Shown piece by piece: positions 10,722 through 21,292 of a DNA stretch of 51,277 bases. The position numbers and the translations under genes are program-made. The notes beneath the pieces were generated by a model. That model saw only the letters and a list, made by a program, of their open reading frames with translations, did no database searches and was not told the origin of the DNA. Source of the DNA: a virus (Duplodnaviria; Heunggongvirae; Uroviricota; Caudoviricetes); the IMG/VR virus record IMGVR_UViG_2851955134_000001, one strand, 5' to 3'. The stretch's first letter is position 1. Every line of letters begins with the position of its first letter.

Positions 10722-11362
10722 TTGTCGGTATACCTCTCTCGTTTGCTCAGTTGTTCAGGAATATGGTGCAGCAGCTCACCGTCGCCGCAGTAAATGGCGG
10801 CATGATTCGGCACCGATGAACCAAAACAGCACAGCAGCACATCGCCCGGTTGTGCTGATGACAACGCCACCTGATACAGCCCTGTGGCCTCCAGATTATC
10901 CAGATAGAGATTCTGACCTGATTTCCACCAGTCATCATGTCGGTAAAAATCCGGCAAATCGATACCTGCAAGATGATAGGCATCGCGGAACAGCGTGTAA
11001 CAGTCCGTCACCCCGTGCTCAAAACGCCGCCCGGTGAGATGCGGCACACAGCGGAACTTATGAATCGTCCCCCGGCAGACCAGCCACCACGGCAAATCAC
11101 TCTGCACCTGCAGCCGCCGGTCGGCCTCACTCAGCCAGGGCAGACCACCGGGGTGGCTGTGGACCAGCGCCACAATCTCACCCTGCATTTCTGCCCGCAG
11201 CCAGTCCTCCGGCGACATCCGGAAATACGCCTCCGGCTCACCGGAGATATTCACGCAGGGAAAATATCTTTCCCCCTCCGGCGCTCTCACCACGAAGCCG
11301 CACGACTCCGCTGGCGCACATCGCCGGGCGTGCGCCAGAATCGCTGATTCTGTCTCTGTCAT
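10619..11362 (-). CDS. K: tail assembly protein K
   Basis: Matches recalled lambda gpK from ...AESCGFVV onward; ATG at 11362; overlaps I as in lambda. Confidence 0.9.
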   Translation of the reverse strand: MTETESAILAHARRCAPAESCGFVVRAPEGERYFPCVNISGEPEAYFRMSPEDWLRAEMQGEIVALVHSHPGGLPWLSEADRRLQVQSDLPWWLVCRGTIHKFRCVPHLTGRRFEHGVTDCYTLFRDAYHLAGIDLPDFYRHDDWWKSGQNLYLDNLEATGLYQVALSSAQPGDVLLCCFGSSVPNHAAIYCGDGELLHHIPEQLSKRERYTDKWQRRTHSLWRHRAWHASAFTGICNDLAAASTFV

Positions 11363-11366
11363 GGAA

Positions 11367-12065
11367 TTACTGCGAAAGTTTGTGAATGGAAAGGAAGCCG
11401 CCAAAGTTGCCGACGTTATTGCGGAACTTACAGCCGCTCAGGCATTTGCTGCATTTATCCTTCGTGATATCGGACGTCGGCTGATCATATTCATCCGCGA
11501 CCGCCGGACCGCTATAACCGCACTCATCGCCGCGATAGGTCCAGGTGCAGGTGTTGGCCAGCATGATACGTCCCGGAAAAACAGCGCCGTCCGTTTCCGT
11601 CGGCGTGGCCAGTACAAAGGTCGCGCTGACCGCTGTCAAATCACTGCACTGCTCGATGCGCCAGCGGCTGATAACCTCCTGCTCCGGATCGGCGTCACGG
11701 TTTCCGTTGACGAAGTTCACCGCATCCAGAAAACGGGCATAAACTTTACGCCGGACCACCGTTCCGCCGACCAGACTCTGCATATCTTCCACCATACCGG
11801 TGACCATACCGTACAGGTTAGAAACCGTCAGCGTGGGGCGCGTACTGGTGCCTTTGCCATTCAGTTCAAAACCACTCCCCTGAATGGGATACGGCTGATA
11901 CTGCCGCTCCTGCCAGGTGACCGGCTCACCTTTTTCGTTCTGCTCATTACAGAAAAAATAACGTTCGCCACCGACCTCTGTCAGATCGATTTCCCAGAGC
12001 ACCACGCTGGCCGACTGCTCCGCACGGGTGCATTCATTCAGTGTTTCCTGCCGGATATCCTGCAT
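11367..12065 (-). CDS. L: minor tail protein L
   Basis: MQDIRQETLNECTRAEQSASVVLWEIDL... matches recalled lambda gpL. Confidence 0.9.
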   Translation of the reverse strand: MQDIRQETLNECTRAEQSASVVLWEIDLTEVGGERYFFCNEQNEKGEPVTWQERQYQPYPIQGSGFELNGKGTSTRPTLTVSNLYGMVTGMVEDMQSLVGGTVVRRKVYARFLDAVNFVNGNRDADPEQEVISRWRIEQCSDLTAVSATFVLATPTETDGAVFPGRIMLANTCTWTYRGDECGYSGPAVADEYDQPTSDITKDKCSKCLSGCKFRNNVGNFGGFLSIHKLSQ

Positions 12066-12394
12066 CAGTTCACCACCTGTTCAAACTCTGCGCTGAACTC
12101 AACACGCAGCATACTGACCCGCGACGACCATTTTGCGCAGGTCACCTTTATCTGCCGCCACTCATAAGGCGGCGTCCACAGAAAGGCCTTCCAGCCCCCG
12201 TGCTCAGCCAGAAACGACTCCAGCGCCGTGGCCTCCTCACGGGGGACAGAAAGCGTCACGCTGTACGTTTTCAGGTCGGCATTCAGCCCGGCAGGCGCTC
12301 GCTGGGAATAGCCATCACCAAAGCGCACTTTCCTGACGGAAGGGGCCGAAGCCACATCCATACCGGGTTTCACTTTCCAGCGGAAGGTCTTCAT
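12065..12394 (-). CDS. M: minor tail protein M
   Basis: MKTFRWKVKPGMDVAS... matches recalled lambda gpM. Confidence 0.9.
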   Translation of the reverse strand: MKTFRWKVKPGMDVASAPSVRKVRFGDGYSQRAPAGLNADLKTYSVTLSVPREEATALESFLAEHGGWKAFLWTPPYEWRQIKVTCAKWSSRVSMLRVEFSAEFEQVVN

Positions 12395-14970
12395 CGTCCA
12401 CCTCCGGAGAACAGACCACCATCGCGCATCTGTGCCTGAATTTCATCACGGGCACCCTTGCGGGCCATGTCATACACTGCCTTCATCATCTGTGGACCTG
12501 GCAGACCATTCGTACCGTCGTTCTGAATCACCACGTGATTGTTCTGATTAAAATTAATGCCTTCAGCCCGCCGCATCTGCGCCGGACTTCCGGCACCGCC
12601 CACATAACCACCTTCCGCATAGCCCCGCATCAGGCGGTACAGGTTGCCGACACCAATCCGGCTGGTTGCCTCCTTCGTGAAGACAAATTCACCACGGTGA
12701 ACAATCCCCGCTGGCTCATATTTGCCGCCGGTTCCCGTAAATCCCCCGGTCGCAAAATGGAATTTTGCCGCAGCAGCCTGAATGGCTGTACCGCCTGACA
12801 CTGATGCGCCACCACCGGCAGCACCGCCAATGACGCTGCCGATACTCCCGACAATTCCCACCATTGCCTGCTTAAGCAGAATTTCTGTCATCATGGACAG
12901 CACGGAGCGGGTGAAGCTGCGCCAGTTCTGTTCACTGCCGGTCAGCATCGCCGCCATATTCTGCGCAATACCATCAAAGGTCTGCGTGGCAGCACTTTTA
13001 ACCTGCGACATACTGTCCGTGGCACTCTCTTTCCACTCGCTCCAGCCGGACTTCAGGCCTGCCATCCAGCTCCCGCGAAGCTGGTCTTCAGCCGCCCAGG
13101 TCTTTTTCTGCTCTGACATGACGTTATTCAGCGCCAGCGGATTATCGCCATACTGTTCCTTCAGGCGCTGTTCCGTGGCTTCCCGTTCTGCCTGCCGGTC
13201 AGTCAGCCCCCGGCTTTTCGCATCAATGGCGGCCCGTTTTGCCCGTTGCTGCTGTGCGAATTTATCCGCCTGCTGCGCCAGCGCGTTCAGGCGCTCCTGA
13301 TACGTAACCTTGTCGCCAAGTGCAGCCAGCTGGCGTTTGTACTCCAGCGTCTCATCTTTATGCGCCAGCAGGGATTTCTCCTGTGCAGACAGCTGGCGAC
13401 GTTGCGCCGCCTCCTCCAGTACCGCGAACTGACTCTCCGCCTTCCACAAATCCCGGCGCTGCTGGCTGATTTTCTCATTTGCTCCGGCATGCTTCTCCAG
13501 CGTCCGGAGTTCAGCCTGAAGCGTCAGCAGGGCAGCATGAGCACTGTCTTCCTGACGATCGCCCGCAGACACCTTCACGCCGGACTGTTTCGGCTTTTTC
13601 AGCGTCGCTTCATAATCCTTTTTCGCCGCCGCCATCAGCGTGTTGTAATCTGCCTGCAGGATTTTCCCGTCTTTCAGTGCCTTGTTCAGTTCTTCCTGAC
13701 GGGCGGTATATTTCTCCAGCGGTGTCTGCAGGCGTTCGTAAGCCTTCTGCGCCTCTTCGGTATATTTCAGCCGTGATGCCTCAGAGTCGGCCCAGTCCTT
13801 TGCTGCCATCTCTCTGGCCTTTTCAAGATCGGCCTGCAACGTGGCGGCTGAAAGCCCAAGTTGCGCATTCGCTCTGTCCTCCCATGCTCCCCGGAGATTG
13901 GCAAGAAATGCTGAGGTTTTACCGCGCCGGTGGCTCCGGCTCTGATACCACTGCCATTTTTTGTCCGCCTCATCAAAAGCCTTTTCTGCTTTCTCCAGCA
14001 TTTCCCGGGCAGTGTCCGGGCGACCAATATCCAGCACCGAATCCCACATGGATTTGAATGCCCGCGCTGTCCTGTCTGCCCAGGTCTCCAGCGTGCCCAT
14101 GTTCTCTTTCAGGCGGCGGGTCTGGTCATCAAACCCTTTCGTTGCGGCCTCGTTCGCCGCCTGCAATGCCCCGGCCTCATCGCCGGAACGCTGCAACTGA
14201 GCAACATACGCAATCTGCTCCGCCGTCACGTTATGGAACTGACGCGCCATCGCTGTCAGCCCTGACGTCGGGTCTGTGGTCAGCTTCCCGAAGGCTTCAG
14301 CGACCTTGTCCACCTCCACGCCGGATGCAGAGGAGAAACGCGCCACACTCTGGCTGATGGATGCAATCTGAGCCTCACCGCTTACTCCCGCCTTAACCAG
14401 TGCGCTGAGTGACTCGCTGGTCTGGTTAAACGTCAGCCCTGCCGCCTGCCCGGCTCTGGACAGGACCAGCATGCGATCTGCCGTCAGACCCGACTGATTG
14501 CCGGAAAGGACCAGCGTTTTGTTGAAATCGGACAGGGTTGAGTTGCCCTGATACCAGGCATACGCCAGCGCACCGGTCGCCACCGCCAGCGAGGTGGCCC
14601 CGACCATCGGCAGGGTGATCGCACCGGCAAGCCCCCTGAACATGGGGATCATCCCGCCGAAGGAGTCCTTCACCTGACCACCCTGTTGCAGCAGGATCAG
14701 CCACGGACTTTGCCCGCCTGCAAGCTGCGTGGCCACGTCGGTGAACTGCGCAGGCAGCATACGCATGGCGGCTTTATACTGTCCGACGGAAATCCCCGCT
14801 TTCTGTGCAGCCAGCGCCTGTCGGCTCAGCGACTGTTCAACGACTGCCGCTGTTTTTTTCGCATCACTTTCCGTACCGGAAAAATGACGCCTGACTCTGG
14901 CCATCTGCTCGTCAAACCTGGCCGCATCCAGACTTAAATCAACGACCAGATCGCCTACCGGTTCAGCCAT
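12391..14970 (-). CDS. H: tail tape measure protein H
   Basis: 859 aa, lambda gpH-like in sequence and position. Confidence 0.9.
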   Translation of the reverse strand: MAEPVGDLVVDLSLDAARFDEQMARVRRHFSGTESDAKKTAAVVEQSLSRQALAAQKAGISVGQYKAAMRMLPAQFTDVATQLAGGQSPWLILLQQGGQVKDSFGGMIPMFRGLAGAITLPMVGATSLAVATGALAYAWYQGNSTLSDFNKTLVLSGNQSGLTADRMLVLSRAGQAAGLTFNQTSESLSALVKAGVSGEAQIASISQSVARFSSASGVEVDKVAEAFGKLTTDPTSGLTAMARQFHNVTAEQIAYVAQLQRSGDEAGALQAANEAATKGFDDQTRRLKENMGTLETWADRTARAFKSMWDSVLDIGRPDTAREMLEKAEKAFDEADKKWQWYQSRSHRRGKTSAFLANLRGAWEDRANAQLGLSAATLQADLEKAREMAAKDWADSEASRLKYTEEAQKAYERLQTPLEKYTARQEELNKALKDGKILQADYNTLMAAAKKDYEATLKKPKQSGVKVSAGDRQEDSAHAALLTLQAELRTLEKHAGANEKISQQRRDLWKAESQFAVLEEAAQRRQLSAQEKSLLAHKDETLEYKRQLAALGDKVTYQERLNALAQQADKFAQQQRAKRAAIDAKSRGLTDRQAEREATEQRLKEQYGDNPLALNNVMSEQKKTWAAEDQLRGSWMAGLKSGWSEWKESATDSMSQVKSAATQTFDGIAQNMAAMLTGSEQNWRSFTRSVLSMMTEILLKQAMVGIVGSIGSVIGGAAGGGASVSGGTAIQAAAAKFHFATGGFTGTGGKYEPAGIVHRGEFVFTKEATSRIGVGNLYRLMRGYAEGGYVGGAGSPAQMRRAEGINFNQNNHVVIQNDGTNGLPGPQMMKAVYDMARKGARDEIQAQMRDGGLFSGGGR

Positions 14971-15397
14971 ACCGGACTCCTCCTGCGACCCCTTCTGATA
15001 CTGTCATCAGCATTACGTCATCCTCCGTCATGTCCGCCACATCCGGGGATGCAGGGATAACTTCATTCCCGTCCGGACCAAAGCGGACGCCTCCGGCAAG
15101 CCCTGCCGCTTTCTGCATCAGCACATCATCTTCAGGCTCTTCGTCAGCCTCACGCCGGTTCAGCAGACTGAAATCCAGCGGATGCATATCCGGATCGCTG
15201 AAAAACAGGCTGAGCACGGTGTACGTCAGCCCGGAAAAGTGCATATCCAGCAGAACATCATGAAAATAATGGGTACTGTAAAAGCGGTGCCAGTCGGCAT
15301 ACTCCGTGGATGACATCCCGGCAAGCATGGCACGCCAGTCGGGTCGCCCCATCTCGCGCGCCAGTTTCAGGGCAAAACTCAGCTCACCGTCGAACAC
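14963..15397 (-). CDS. T: T segment of the G-T tail assembly chaperone (expressed by -1 frameshift from G)
   Basis: Overlaps the 3' end of G; slippery GGGAAAG lies just upstream of the G stop; lambda-like. Confidence 0.8.
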   Translation of the reverse strand: MFDGELSFALKLAREMGRPDWRAMLAGMSSTEYADWHRFYSTHYFHDVLLDMHFSGLTYTVLSLFFSDPDMHPLDFSLLNRREADEEPEDDVLMQKAAGLAGGVRFGPDGNEVIPASPDVADMTEDDVMLMTVSEGVAGGVRYG

Positions 15398-15801
15398 TTT
15401 CCCGCAGAAACAGGCTCTGCGGGCCCGGCGTCCTCTGTCTGTTCAGGGGCATTATTCACCACAAACTCAGACATACCGGACAGCCGGTACACCACGTTTT
15501 GAGCATGAGAAATTGCCTGCGTGGGCCAGGTGGTAAGCACTTCCTGCTCAATCTGTTTAACGGCTTCATTCATGGACGGCATCTGCGTTTTCTGTGGATG
15601 GTTATGCCACAGGGACATCGCCACCAGAAACGCGCCGGTTCTGACGAGATCTTCCACGCTTACCTGCAGGTTGCCGCTGGATTCTGCCTGTTCTGCACGC
15701 CGTTTCAGGAGGGCAAGATGCTCGATACGCTGCAGCGCAGACAATTCGGAAAGCGTGACAGACACACCGTTATATTCAAATTGTTCTGTTTTCAGAAACA
15801 T
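15379..15801 (-). CDS. G: tail assembly chaperone G
   Basis: MFLKTEQFEYNGVSVTLSELSALQRIEHLAL... matches recalled lambda gpG. Confidence 0.9.
   Translation of the reverse strand: MFLKTEQFEYNGVSVTLSELSALQRIEHLALLKRRAEQAESSGNLQVSVEDLVRTGAFLVAMSLWHNHPQKTQMPSMNEAVKQIEQEVLTTWPTQAISHAQNVVYRLSGMSEFVVNNAPEQTEDAGPAEPVSAGKCSTVS
15397..15403 (-). other. programmed -1 ribosomal frameshift slippery heptamer GGGAAAG (G to G-T)
   Basis: Plus-strand ctttccc at 15397-15403 is the reverse complement of GGGAAAG, placed at the G/T overlap. Confidence 0.75.
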
Positions 15802-15814
15802 GTATTACCTCCGT

Positions 15815-16567
15815 TTACCCTGCAGCGCCCGCTTCAGTAACGGTGACTTCAGCCACTGCGGCGAACTGACCATTTCCGCTCACCACAGGGATCTGCACCT
15901 TACCTGTCGCCACGCCGTTTACCGTAATTGTCATATCTTTCACACTAATGGTGGCTTTCGACGGATCGGCGGAAACCGCTCTGAACGTCTTGTCGGTTGC
16001 ACTTTCCGGCTCAAAAGAAACCGTCAGGGTGGTTGTTTTCCCTTTTGCCACCGTACCGGATGTCGGCGTCACCTTAATCGCACTGACCGGCGTAATTTTG
16101 CTGCGTTCTTCCGCTACAGAAGGTTTACCCACGTTAGTGACTTTCACCGTGCGGGTGATCACTTCCTTCGCTGTCACCGCCTTACCGATGCTGCTGACCC
16201 AGCCGCGGAACACATCGACCGTGCCGTTCGGGAAGCGGATTTTATAGGCACGGGTATCACCTTCATTAAACCACGCCAGCAGCGCCTGCTGCCCCTGCTC
16301 TCCGGGCATCCACGCCAGCGTGAAGCTGGTATCTCCGGCGGATTTCTGCCCCTGTCCGGTCGCGGCCCAGTCCGCATCTTCATCATCGAGATAACTGTCG
16401 TCATAGGACTCAGCGGTCAGTTCGCCGGGCGTCAGGTCTTTAACTTTAGCCAGACGCGACCAGTCAACGTCTGAAAGCGGATTCGCATAAGGGTCACCGT
16501 TCCCCTTATAAACCCACAGTGTGGTCCCGGCCCCTTTCACCGGTGCCAGAGGATTTGGTGTTGGCAT
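15815..16567 (-). CDS. V: major tail protein V
   Basis: [22 protein letters not shown]... matches recalled lambda gpV; ATG at 16567 with GAGGAC RBS. Confidence 0.9.
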   Translation of the reverse strand: MPTPNPLAPVKGAGTTLWVYKGNGDPYANPLSDVDWSRLAKVKDLTPGELTAESYDDSYLDDEDADWAATGQGQKSAGDTSFTLAWMPGEQGQQALLAWFNEGDTRAYKIRFPNGTVDVFRGWVSSIGKAVTAKEVITRTVKVTNVGKPSVAEERSKITPVSAIKVTPTSGTVAKGKTTTLTVSFEPESATDKTFRAVSADPSKATISVKDMTITVNGVATGKVQIPVVSGNGQFAAVAEVTVTEAGAAG

Positions 16568-16574
16568 ATCGTCC

Positions 16575-16970
16575 TCACATTTCATAGGTAATGACATAAG
16601 TCAGATCGGCTGAACTCCACAGGCCCGCATCATCGTCGCGCCGGTAGTCATAGCCACTGGCCACCATACTGGTGATCAAATCTGACAGTGCCGGGATATC
16701 GCTCATCACCGGATAAATCCGGGACTCCATCCACGAATCCAGCTCTGAATCCGGCACCTGAGCAGGCAGGAAAACTTCAATATGCAGCTCCGCCTGCCAG
16801 GTATCGCTGTCCAGCTCTTCGCCCGTGTATTCAGCGCCGGTGAGATAAACGGCAACTGCCGGAAAATCCGCCTCATCAAAAACAGCGGGGCGACCATCAA
16901 AAAGCGTCGCCCCGGTGTCATGTTTTTCCAGTGCATCCAGTACGGCTGTACGGATATCAGTATTTTTCAT
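16575..16970 (-). CDS. U: tail terminator protein U
   Basis: Matches recalled lambda gpU. Confidence 0.9.
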   Translation of the reverse strand: MKNTDIRTAVLDALEKHDTGATLFDGRPAVFDEADFPAVAVYLTGAEYTGEELDSDTWQAELHIEVFLPAQVPDSELDSWMESRIYPVMSDIPALSDLITSMVASGYDYRRDDDAGLWSSADLTYVITYEM

Positions 16971-17542
16971 CGCTTTATCACAATCCTCAGTTGTTGTTTC
17001 AGCGCATAGCTCAGTTCTTTTGGCAGACGTTCGCGTCGGATACGGTTAACGTTCTCATCAAAAGCCTGTTTCAGTGGGGCCGACATCGGAATTTTCACCA
17101 CCTGAATGGGAAGACGATTACGCTTTTTCCTTCCCTTATCGTCATTGCCCTTCGCATACCTGGCTTCTGGCAGACGTTGCATAACATGCCAGCGCCCATT
17201 ATTCAGTCGCTGGATGAATGCCCGCTGATAACGATGCTGACCGGCTTTGAGTATGCTGTTCGGGCGACGTCCCAGCATCCTGATCCCCAGCTTAATCACA
17301 GGAAGATCGCCGCGGTTAACGATAATTTTTGCGTTCGGATTTCTGACCGTAGCCCGTTTCAGTCTGGATCGCTCTTTAACAAGTTTTCTCGGCACCCGGG
17401 TTTCACGGGCGACCTGAGACGAAGACTGATTAATCGCCGTTGTGGCCACGCGGTTAATGGCCATTGCTGACGCACCGGGCACCGCCGTTCTGCTGATACG
17501 GCTGAGGTTTTCAACGGCCTGCTCAAGACCCTGTATGGCCAT
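16967..17542 (-). CDS. Z: tail completion protein Z
   Basis: Matches recalled lambda gpZ. Confidence 0.9.
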   Translation of the reverse strand: MAIQGLEQAVENLSRISRTAVPGASAMAINRVATTAINQSSSQVARETRVPRKLVKERSRLKRATVRNPNAKIIVNRGDLPVIKLGIRMLGRRPNSILKAGQHRYQRAFIQRLNNGRWHVMQRLPEARYAKGNDDKGRKKRNRLPIQVVKIPMSAPLKQAFDENVNRIRRERLPKELSYALKQQLRIVIKR

Positions 17543-17553
17543 ACATCCCCCTT

Positions 17554-17916
17554 TCAGCGGCGACGATTAACGGCAGGCGGTACGCCCCGCCCAAGCCAGA
17601 GATGACAGCTTCCGCCATCATCCGGCGAAACCCGGTCTATCCAGAAGTTTTCCTCACCGATGGTCAGCGTGTCTCCACGCCGCAGTTGCCGCACATCATC
17701 AGTCCGGACAAACAGGGACGGGCTGGAGCCTTCAACGCGCACGCCCTGTCCGGCATAGCTGATATTTTCAGGGTCATCAAAAACACCACGTATTACTGCG
17801 CCGGGCTGCTCACCGGATGTAATGGTGGCTGACGTTCCCATATGCCCGCGTATCGTTTCATCAGCCCGGGCAATGGCTGTATCAAAACCGTTATCCCTGA
17901 TATTAATAACTTTCAT
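17554..17916 (-). CDS. FII: head-tail joining protein FII
   Basis: ...AIARADETIRGHMGTSATITSGEQ... matches recalled lambda gpFII; ATG at 17916. Confidence 0.85.
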   Translation of the reverse strand: MKVINIRDNGFDTAIARADETIRGHMGTSATITSGEQPGAVIRGVFDDPENISYAGQGVRVEGSSPSLFVRTDDVRQLRRGDTLTIGEENFWIDRVSPDDGGSCHLWLGRGVPPAVNRRR

Positions 17917-18265
17917 CTGTAACAAGCCCCTCCAGGACAAGTTCCGCAACATTCACTGGATCAACTCTGACAGTCATACCTGTAACAACAATCTCCATAT
18001 CACTGTCATCATGCGGATGTTTTCCCGCCACATGCAGGGTTTTGAGTACACGAACAGTGCTCATTTCATCCCCGCCAGTGGAGTGGCTATACGTCATCAA
18101 ATGCCTTTCGTTCTCATCACTCGCCTGGTTTTTGTCCTCTGCTTCCTCTTCCCATTCCGCCACCCGCTGCGCTATCTCTGCGGCACTCCCGGATATATCC
18201 GGCTCACGCCCCAGAATCAGGGCCAGTTCATCAAGCCGTTTCAGATTTTGCTCTTTCGTTGCCAT
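17903..18265 (-). CDS. DNA packaging protein in the FI position (not lambda FI-like in sequence)
   Basis: Located between E and FII; acidic 120-aa protein; ATG at 18265 with GGGGG RBS. Confidence 0.55.
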   Translation of the reverse strand: MATKEQNLKRLDELALILGREPDISGSAAEIAQRVAEWEEEAEDKNQASDENERHLMTYSHSTGGDEMSTVRVLKTLHVAGKHPHDDSDMEIVVTGMTVRVDPVNVAELVLEGLVTDESY

Positions 18266-18316
18266 ATCAGCCCCCTGTGAAAAAAGACACGGGGGCATTT
18301 CGCCCCCGCTCACGGA

Positions 18317-19345
18317 TTATTTCACCTGTACCACCACAAACTCATCCGGGTCCGGCAACACCATCAGCGGCGCGGACTGCGTCATGGTAAATTCACGGGC
18401 GGGATCCCCCACCGTCAGCCAGTGTTTCGGATAACGGGAAGAGGCCACCACTCCTTCAGACAACGCCTGTGCATCCTGAATGGCACCGTAACAACGGATC
18501 CCATCTGCAGCAGTATTCCCCAGGACCAGCGTGCCGTCTGGCAGATAACGTTTTTCGGTACCGTCCTCTGCCACATAAGACGTTTTCGCCACCACAATGG
18601 CCAGATCACCGTAATACCCTTTGAAAGACACCACCGCCCCCAGGTCTTTCACTGCCGTTTCGAGTTGCGAATTTGAACCGCGACGGGTATCCAGTTTTTC
18701 GCGGAACAGCTTAAAACCATTCAGCAGACGCCAGACGGTACCGTCCATAATGGCAATATTCACAAGGCCGCTGGCCTGGTCGCAGTAGAGGTCAATATCA
18801 TGCGCAGGATCGAACGTGTCACGATCGTGCTCAGACCATTTTTTACCACTGGCCTGCGTAATGTTATTCTTCGTCGACCTGCCAAAATCGACCTCAATTT
18901 TCTCGAACTGGTCTCCTTCCATGGTGTATTTGCCATACAGCACGGCATTTACCGCCTGCATTTCTTCCACCTGGACAATCGCGTGCTCTTCCTGTTTGAG
19001 GTTATCGGTAATGATACGCAGACGGCGGTAAGCCGGATCGTTCAGTTGAGCCGGATCTTCACCAGGAAGGCGCTCAACCGCCTGCCGGGAATTAAATTCG
19101 TGTTTCGGCTTGACGTAGCCCGGACGCAACACGCGGGTTTCACCACCACGATGACGCAGCACTTTTCCTTCAACAACCGGGGAGACATAGGCCGCCACCG
19201 GCGTTTTTCCGGTAATTTTGTCCAGCATCACCTCTTCGGTATGGAAATTCACCGTACGACGGAAAAACAGCTCCAGAAACAGCGCACGAAATTTCACTTT
19301 TTGTTCGGTATAACCGAGTAACTGGCGGGTCGTAAACAATCCCAT
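18317..19345 (-). CDS. E: major capsid protein E
   Basis: 342 aa, lambda gpE-like throughout. Confidence 0.9.
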   Translation of the reverse strand: MGLFTTRQLLGYTEQKVKFRALFLELFFRRTVNFHTEEVMLDKITGKTPVAAYVSPVVEGKVLRHRGGETRVLRPGYVKPKHEFNSRQAVERLPGEDPAQLNDPAYRRLRIITDNLKQEEHAIVQVEEMQAVNAVLYGKYTMEGDQFEKIEVDFGRSTKNNITQASGKKWSEHDRDTFDPAHDIDLYCDQASGLVNIAIMDGTVWRLLNGFKLFREKLDTRRGSNSQLETAVKDLGAVVSFKGYYGDLAIVVAKTSYVAEDGTEKRYLPDGTLVLGNTAADGIRCYGAIQDAQALSEGVVASSRYPKHWLTVGDPAREFTMTQSAPLMVLPDPDEFVVVQVK

Positions 19346-19402
19346 AAATCAGTTCCTTTCATTCAGAAATCAGTCAGGCCACCGCGGTGGCCTGATAACG
19401 TG

Positions 19403-19750
19403 TTACGGCAGCGCCGCGTGACTCAGGGCACTGCCTGCAAAGGCGTTGGCCTTTTTGTGTTCATCCACACTTTCAGGCCAGCGGATTGCCTCCGTCGCAA
19501 AGGTTCCCGACTTGTAATACGTCAGCACCGTCTCTGTGCCTTCAAGCGGCAGTACCAGTATGCCAACCGCACTACCGGCTTTCTGTCCGTCCCAGACCAC
19601 CAGTTTCCCGGTGGCTTCATCCAGCATCAGGGGCGTCAGTGCCGGTGTTGGCGAGGAAATCCCGCTGCTGCCTGTGGCGGTATGAGCCGGATCATTACCG
19701 GCAAAAATACGTACTTCCGCACGCTGTTCAGTGATGGTTTTCGTTACCAT
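19403..19750 (-). CDS. D: head decoration protein D
   Basis: Lambda gpD-like (…GNDPAHTATG…TPLMLD…). Confidence 0.9.
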   Translation of the reverse strand: MVTKTITEQRAEVRIFAGNDPAHTATGSSGISSPTPALTPLMLDEATGKLVVWDGQKAGSAVGILVLPLEGTETVLTYYKSGTFATEAIRWPESVDEHKKANAFAGSALSHAALP

Positions 19751-19786
19751 ATTGTAAAAACCTCCTATTGATGGTCAGCACTGGCT

Positions 19787-21292
19787 TCATGGCATGGCCA
19801 TGAGCATTTTCACGTCCGCATCACCGTCTGCTGACGTCTGTGGCACGCCACCCTGTACCGCTGCCGGTGAATGGTTCGCCATGAAATGTTCAAACATGGC
19901 GGTTGTGGATGCAGAGACCGGTTCTGCCTTACCTGATCCCGCAGCCAGCACAGCCCGGGCGTTCTCCACGGTCATTCCCGGGCAGGCAGCCAGCTGTTCA
20001 GCCTGCGCCTCAGCCCCTTTTGCCTCATCCAGGGCCATGATCTGATCACGGAGTGATGGTCCGGCATCCGCCTGCGGTGAAGCTGCCAGGATCGGGCGGG
20101 CTTTTTCCACCGTCATCTCCGGCATCGCCGCCAGCGTTGCCGCCAGTTGTTCACGACCTTTCGCCTCTTCACACGCCATAATGCGATCGGCTTCACTCTG
20201 CGCGGATGCCACCGGCTGCTGTGGTGCCGCCGCGGCCAGGATCTCCCGGGCCTGTTCAACACTCATGCCCTGTTGTCCCGCCAGCATCGTGGCAAGCTGT
20301 TCACGTCCTTTCGCTTCCTTACTCGTCAGGATCCCCATCACTCGCTGGTTCTCCTGCGCGGCGGCTTCCGTTGCAGTTAATTGCGGCATAGTGCCTCCTG
20401 TATCATGTGTGTACAGCGCCGTGGTCATCACACTGATGGCATCCGACGCATTGACTAATTCATCCGCCAGCCCGGCCTCAATGCCGGACTGACCTTCAAA
20501 AACGGCGGCCTCTGTTCCCGTGACCACATCCACAGACAGCCCGGTATACATCGCCACTTTTTCGGCAAACATCCGGTGTGCCGCATCAATGCGCTGCTGC
20601 ATGTCCTGACGCACCTCTTCCGGTAAGGCTTCAAACTGATTGCCATCCACCTTGTGCGCCCCGGCATAAATCAGCGTGATATCCACACCGGCCTGCGCCA
20701 GATGACCGGCATAGCTGAGATGGCTCATCATCACGCCAATGGAGCCGATACGGGATGTCTGGGTAACCAGCCGTCGGGAGCAGGCCGACGCCAGCAGCAT
20801 GGCTGCAGAACAGGCCGTGTCATTGCACAGTGCCCAGACCGGCTTCTGCTGACGGAGGCGGTAAATCATGTCAGCGCAGTCAAACGCGCCTGCGGCCTGC
20901 CCGCCCGGACTGTCAATGTCCAGCAGTACGCCCCGGACAGCGGTGTCCGCCATTGCCTGCTGAAGACAGGCGACAATGCCGTCATAGCCTGTCATTCCGG
21001 AAAATGGCCGCATACCACCCAGCCGGTGCACCAGCATGCCGGTCACCGGCAGTACAGCAATACCGTTCACCACCCGGTAAACACGGGCCGGTCGTTTACC
21101 TCCGGCCATGTACTCGTCCGTTTCAGCCAGCATTCCGGGAGCATCAAGCTGTACCTGCTGTTGTGGTACCGAAAGACTTGCTGCCCCCATCTCGCGCCCG
21201 AGCGCGCAAAAGAAAACCCGCGCATAGGCGGGCTCCAGAAGCAGCGGTTCATTGAATGCTGCGGCAATAATGTGTGAAAGATTACGTCTCAC
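19787..21292 (-). CDS. C: head maturation protease / scaffold C (with nested Nu3-type frame)
   Basis: ...AAFNEPLLLEPAYARVFFCAL... matches recalled lambda gpC; GTG start overlapping the end of B. Confidence 0.85.
   Translation of the reverse strand: MRRNLSHIIAAAFNEPLLLEPAYARVFFCALGREMGAASLSVPQQQVQLDAPGMLAETDEYMAGGKRPARVYRVVNGIAVLPVTGMLVHRLGGMRPFSGMTGYDGIVACLQQAMADTAVRGVLLDIDSPGGQAAGAFDCADMIYRLRQQKPVWALCNDTACSAAMLLASACSRRLVTQTSRIGSIGVMMSHLSYAGHLAQAGVDITLIYAGAHKVDGNQFEALPEEVRQDMQQRIDAAHRMFAEKVAMYTGLSVDVVTGTEAAVFEGQSGIEAGLADELVNASDAISVMTTALYTHDTGGTMPQLTATEAAAQENQRVMGILTSKEAKGREQLATMLAGQQGMSVEQAREILAAAAPQQPVASAQSEADRIMACEEAKGREQLAATLAAMPEMTVEKARPILAASPQADAGPSLRDQIMALDEAKGAEAQAEQLAACPGMTVENARAVLAAGSGKAEPVSASTTAMFEHFMANHSPAAVQGGVPQTSADGDADVKMLMAMP

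Noticed and set aside
15521-16474. 317-aa plus-strand ORF
   Set aside because: Antisense to the V and G genes; Cys/Arg-rich, no RBS
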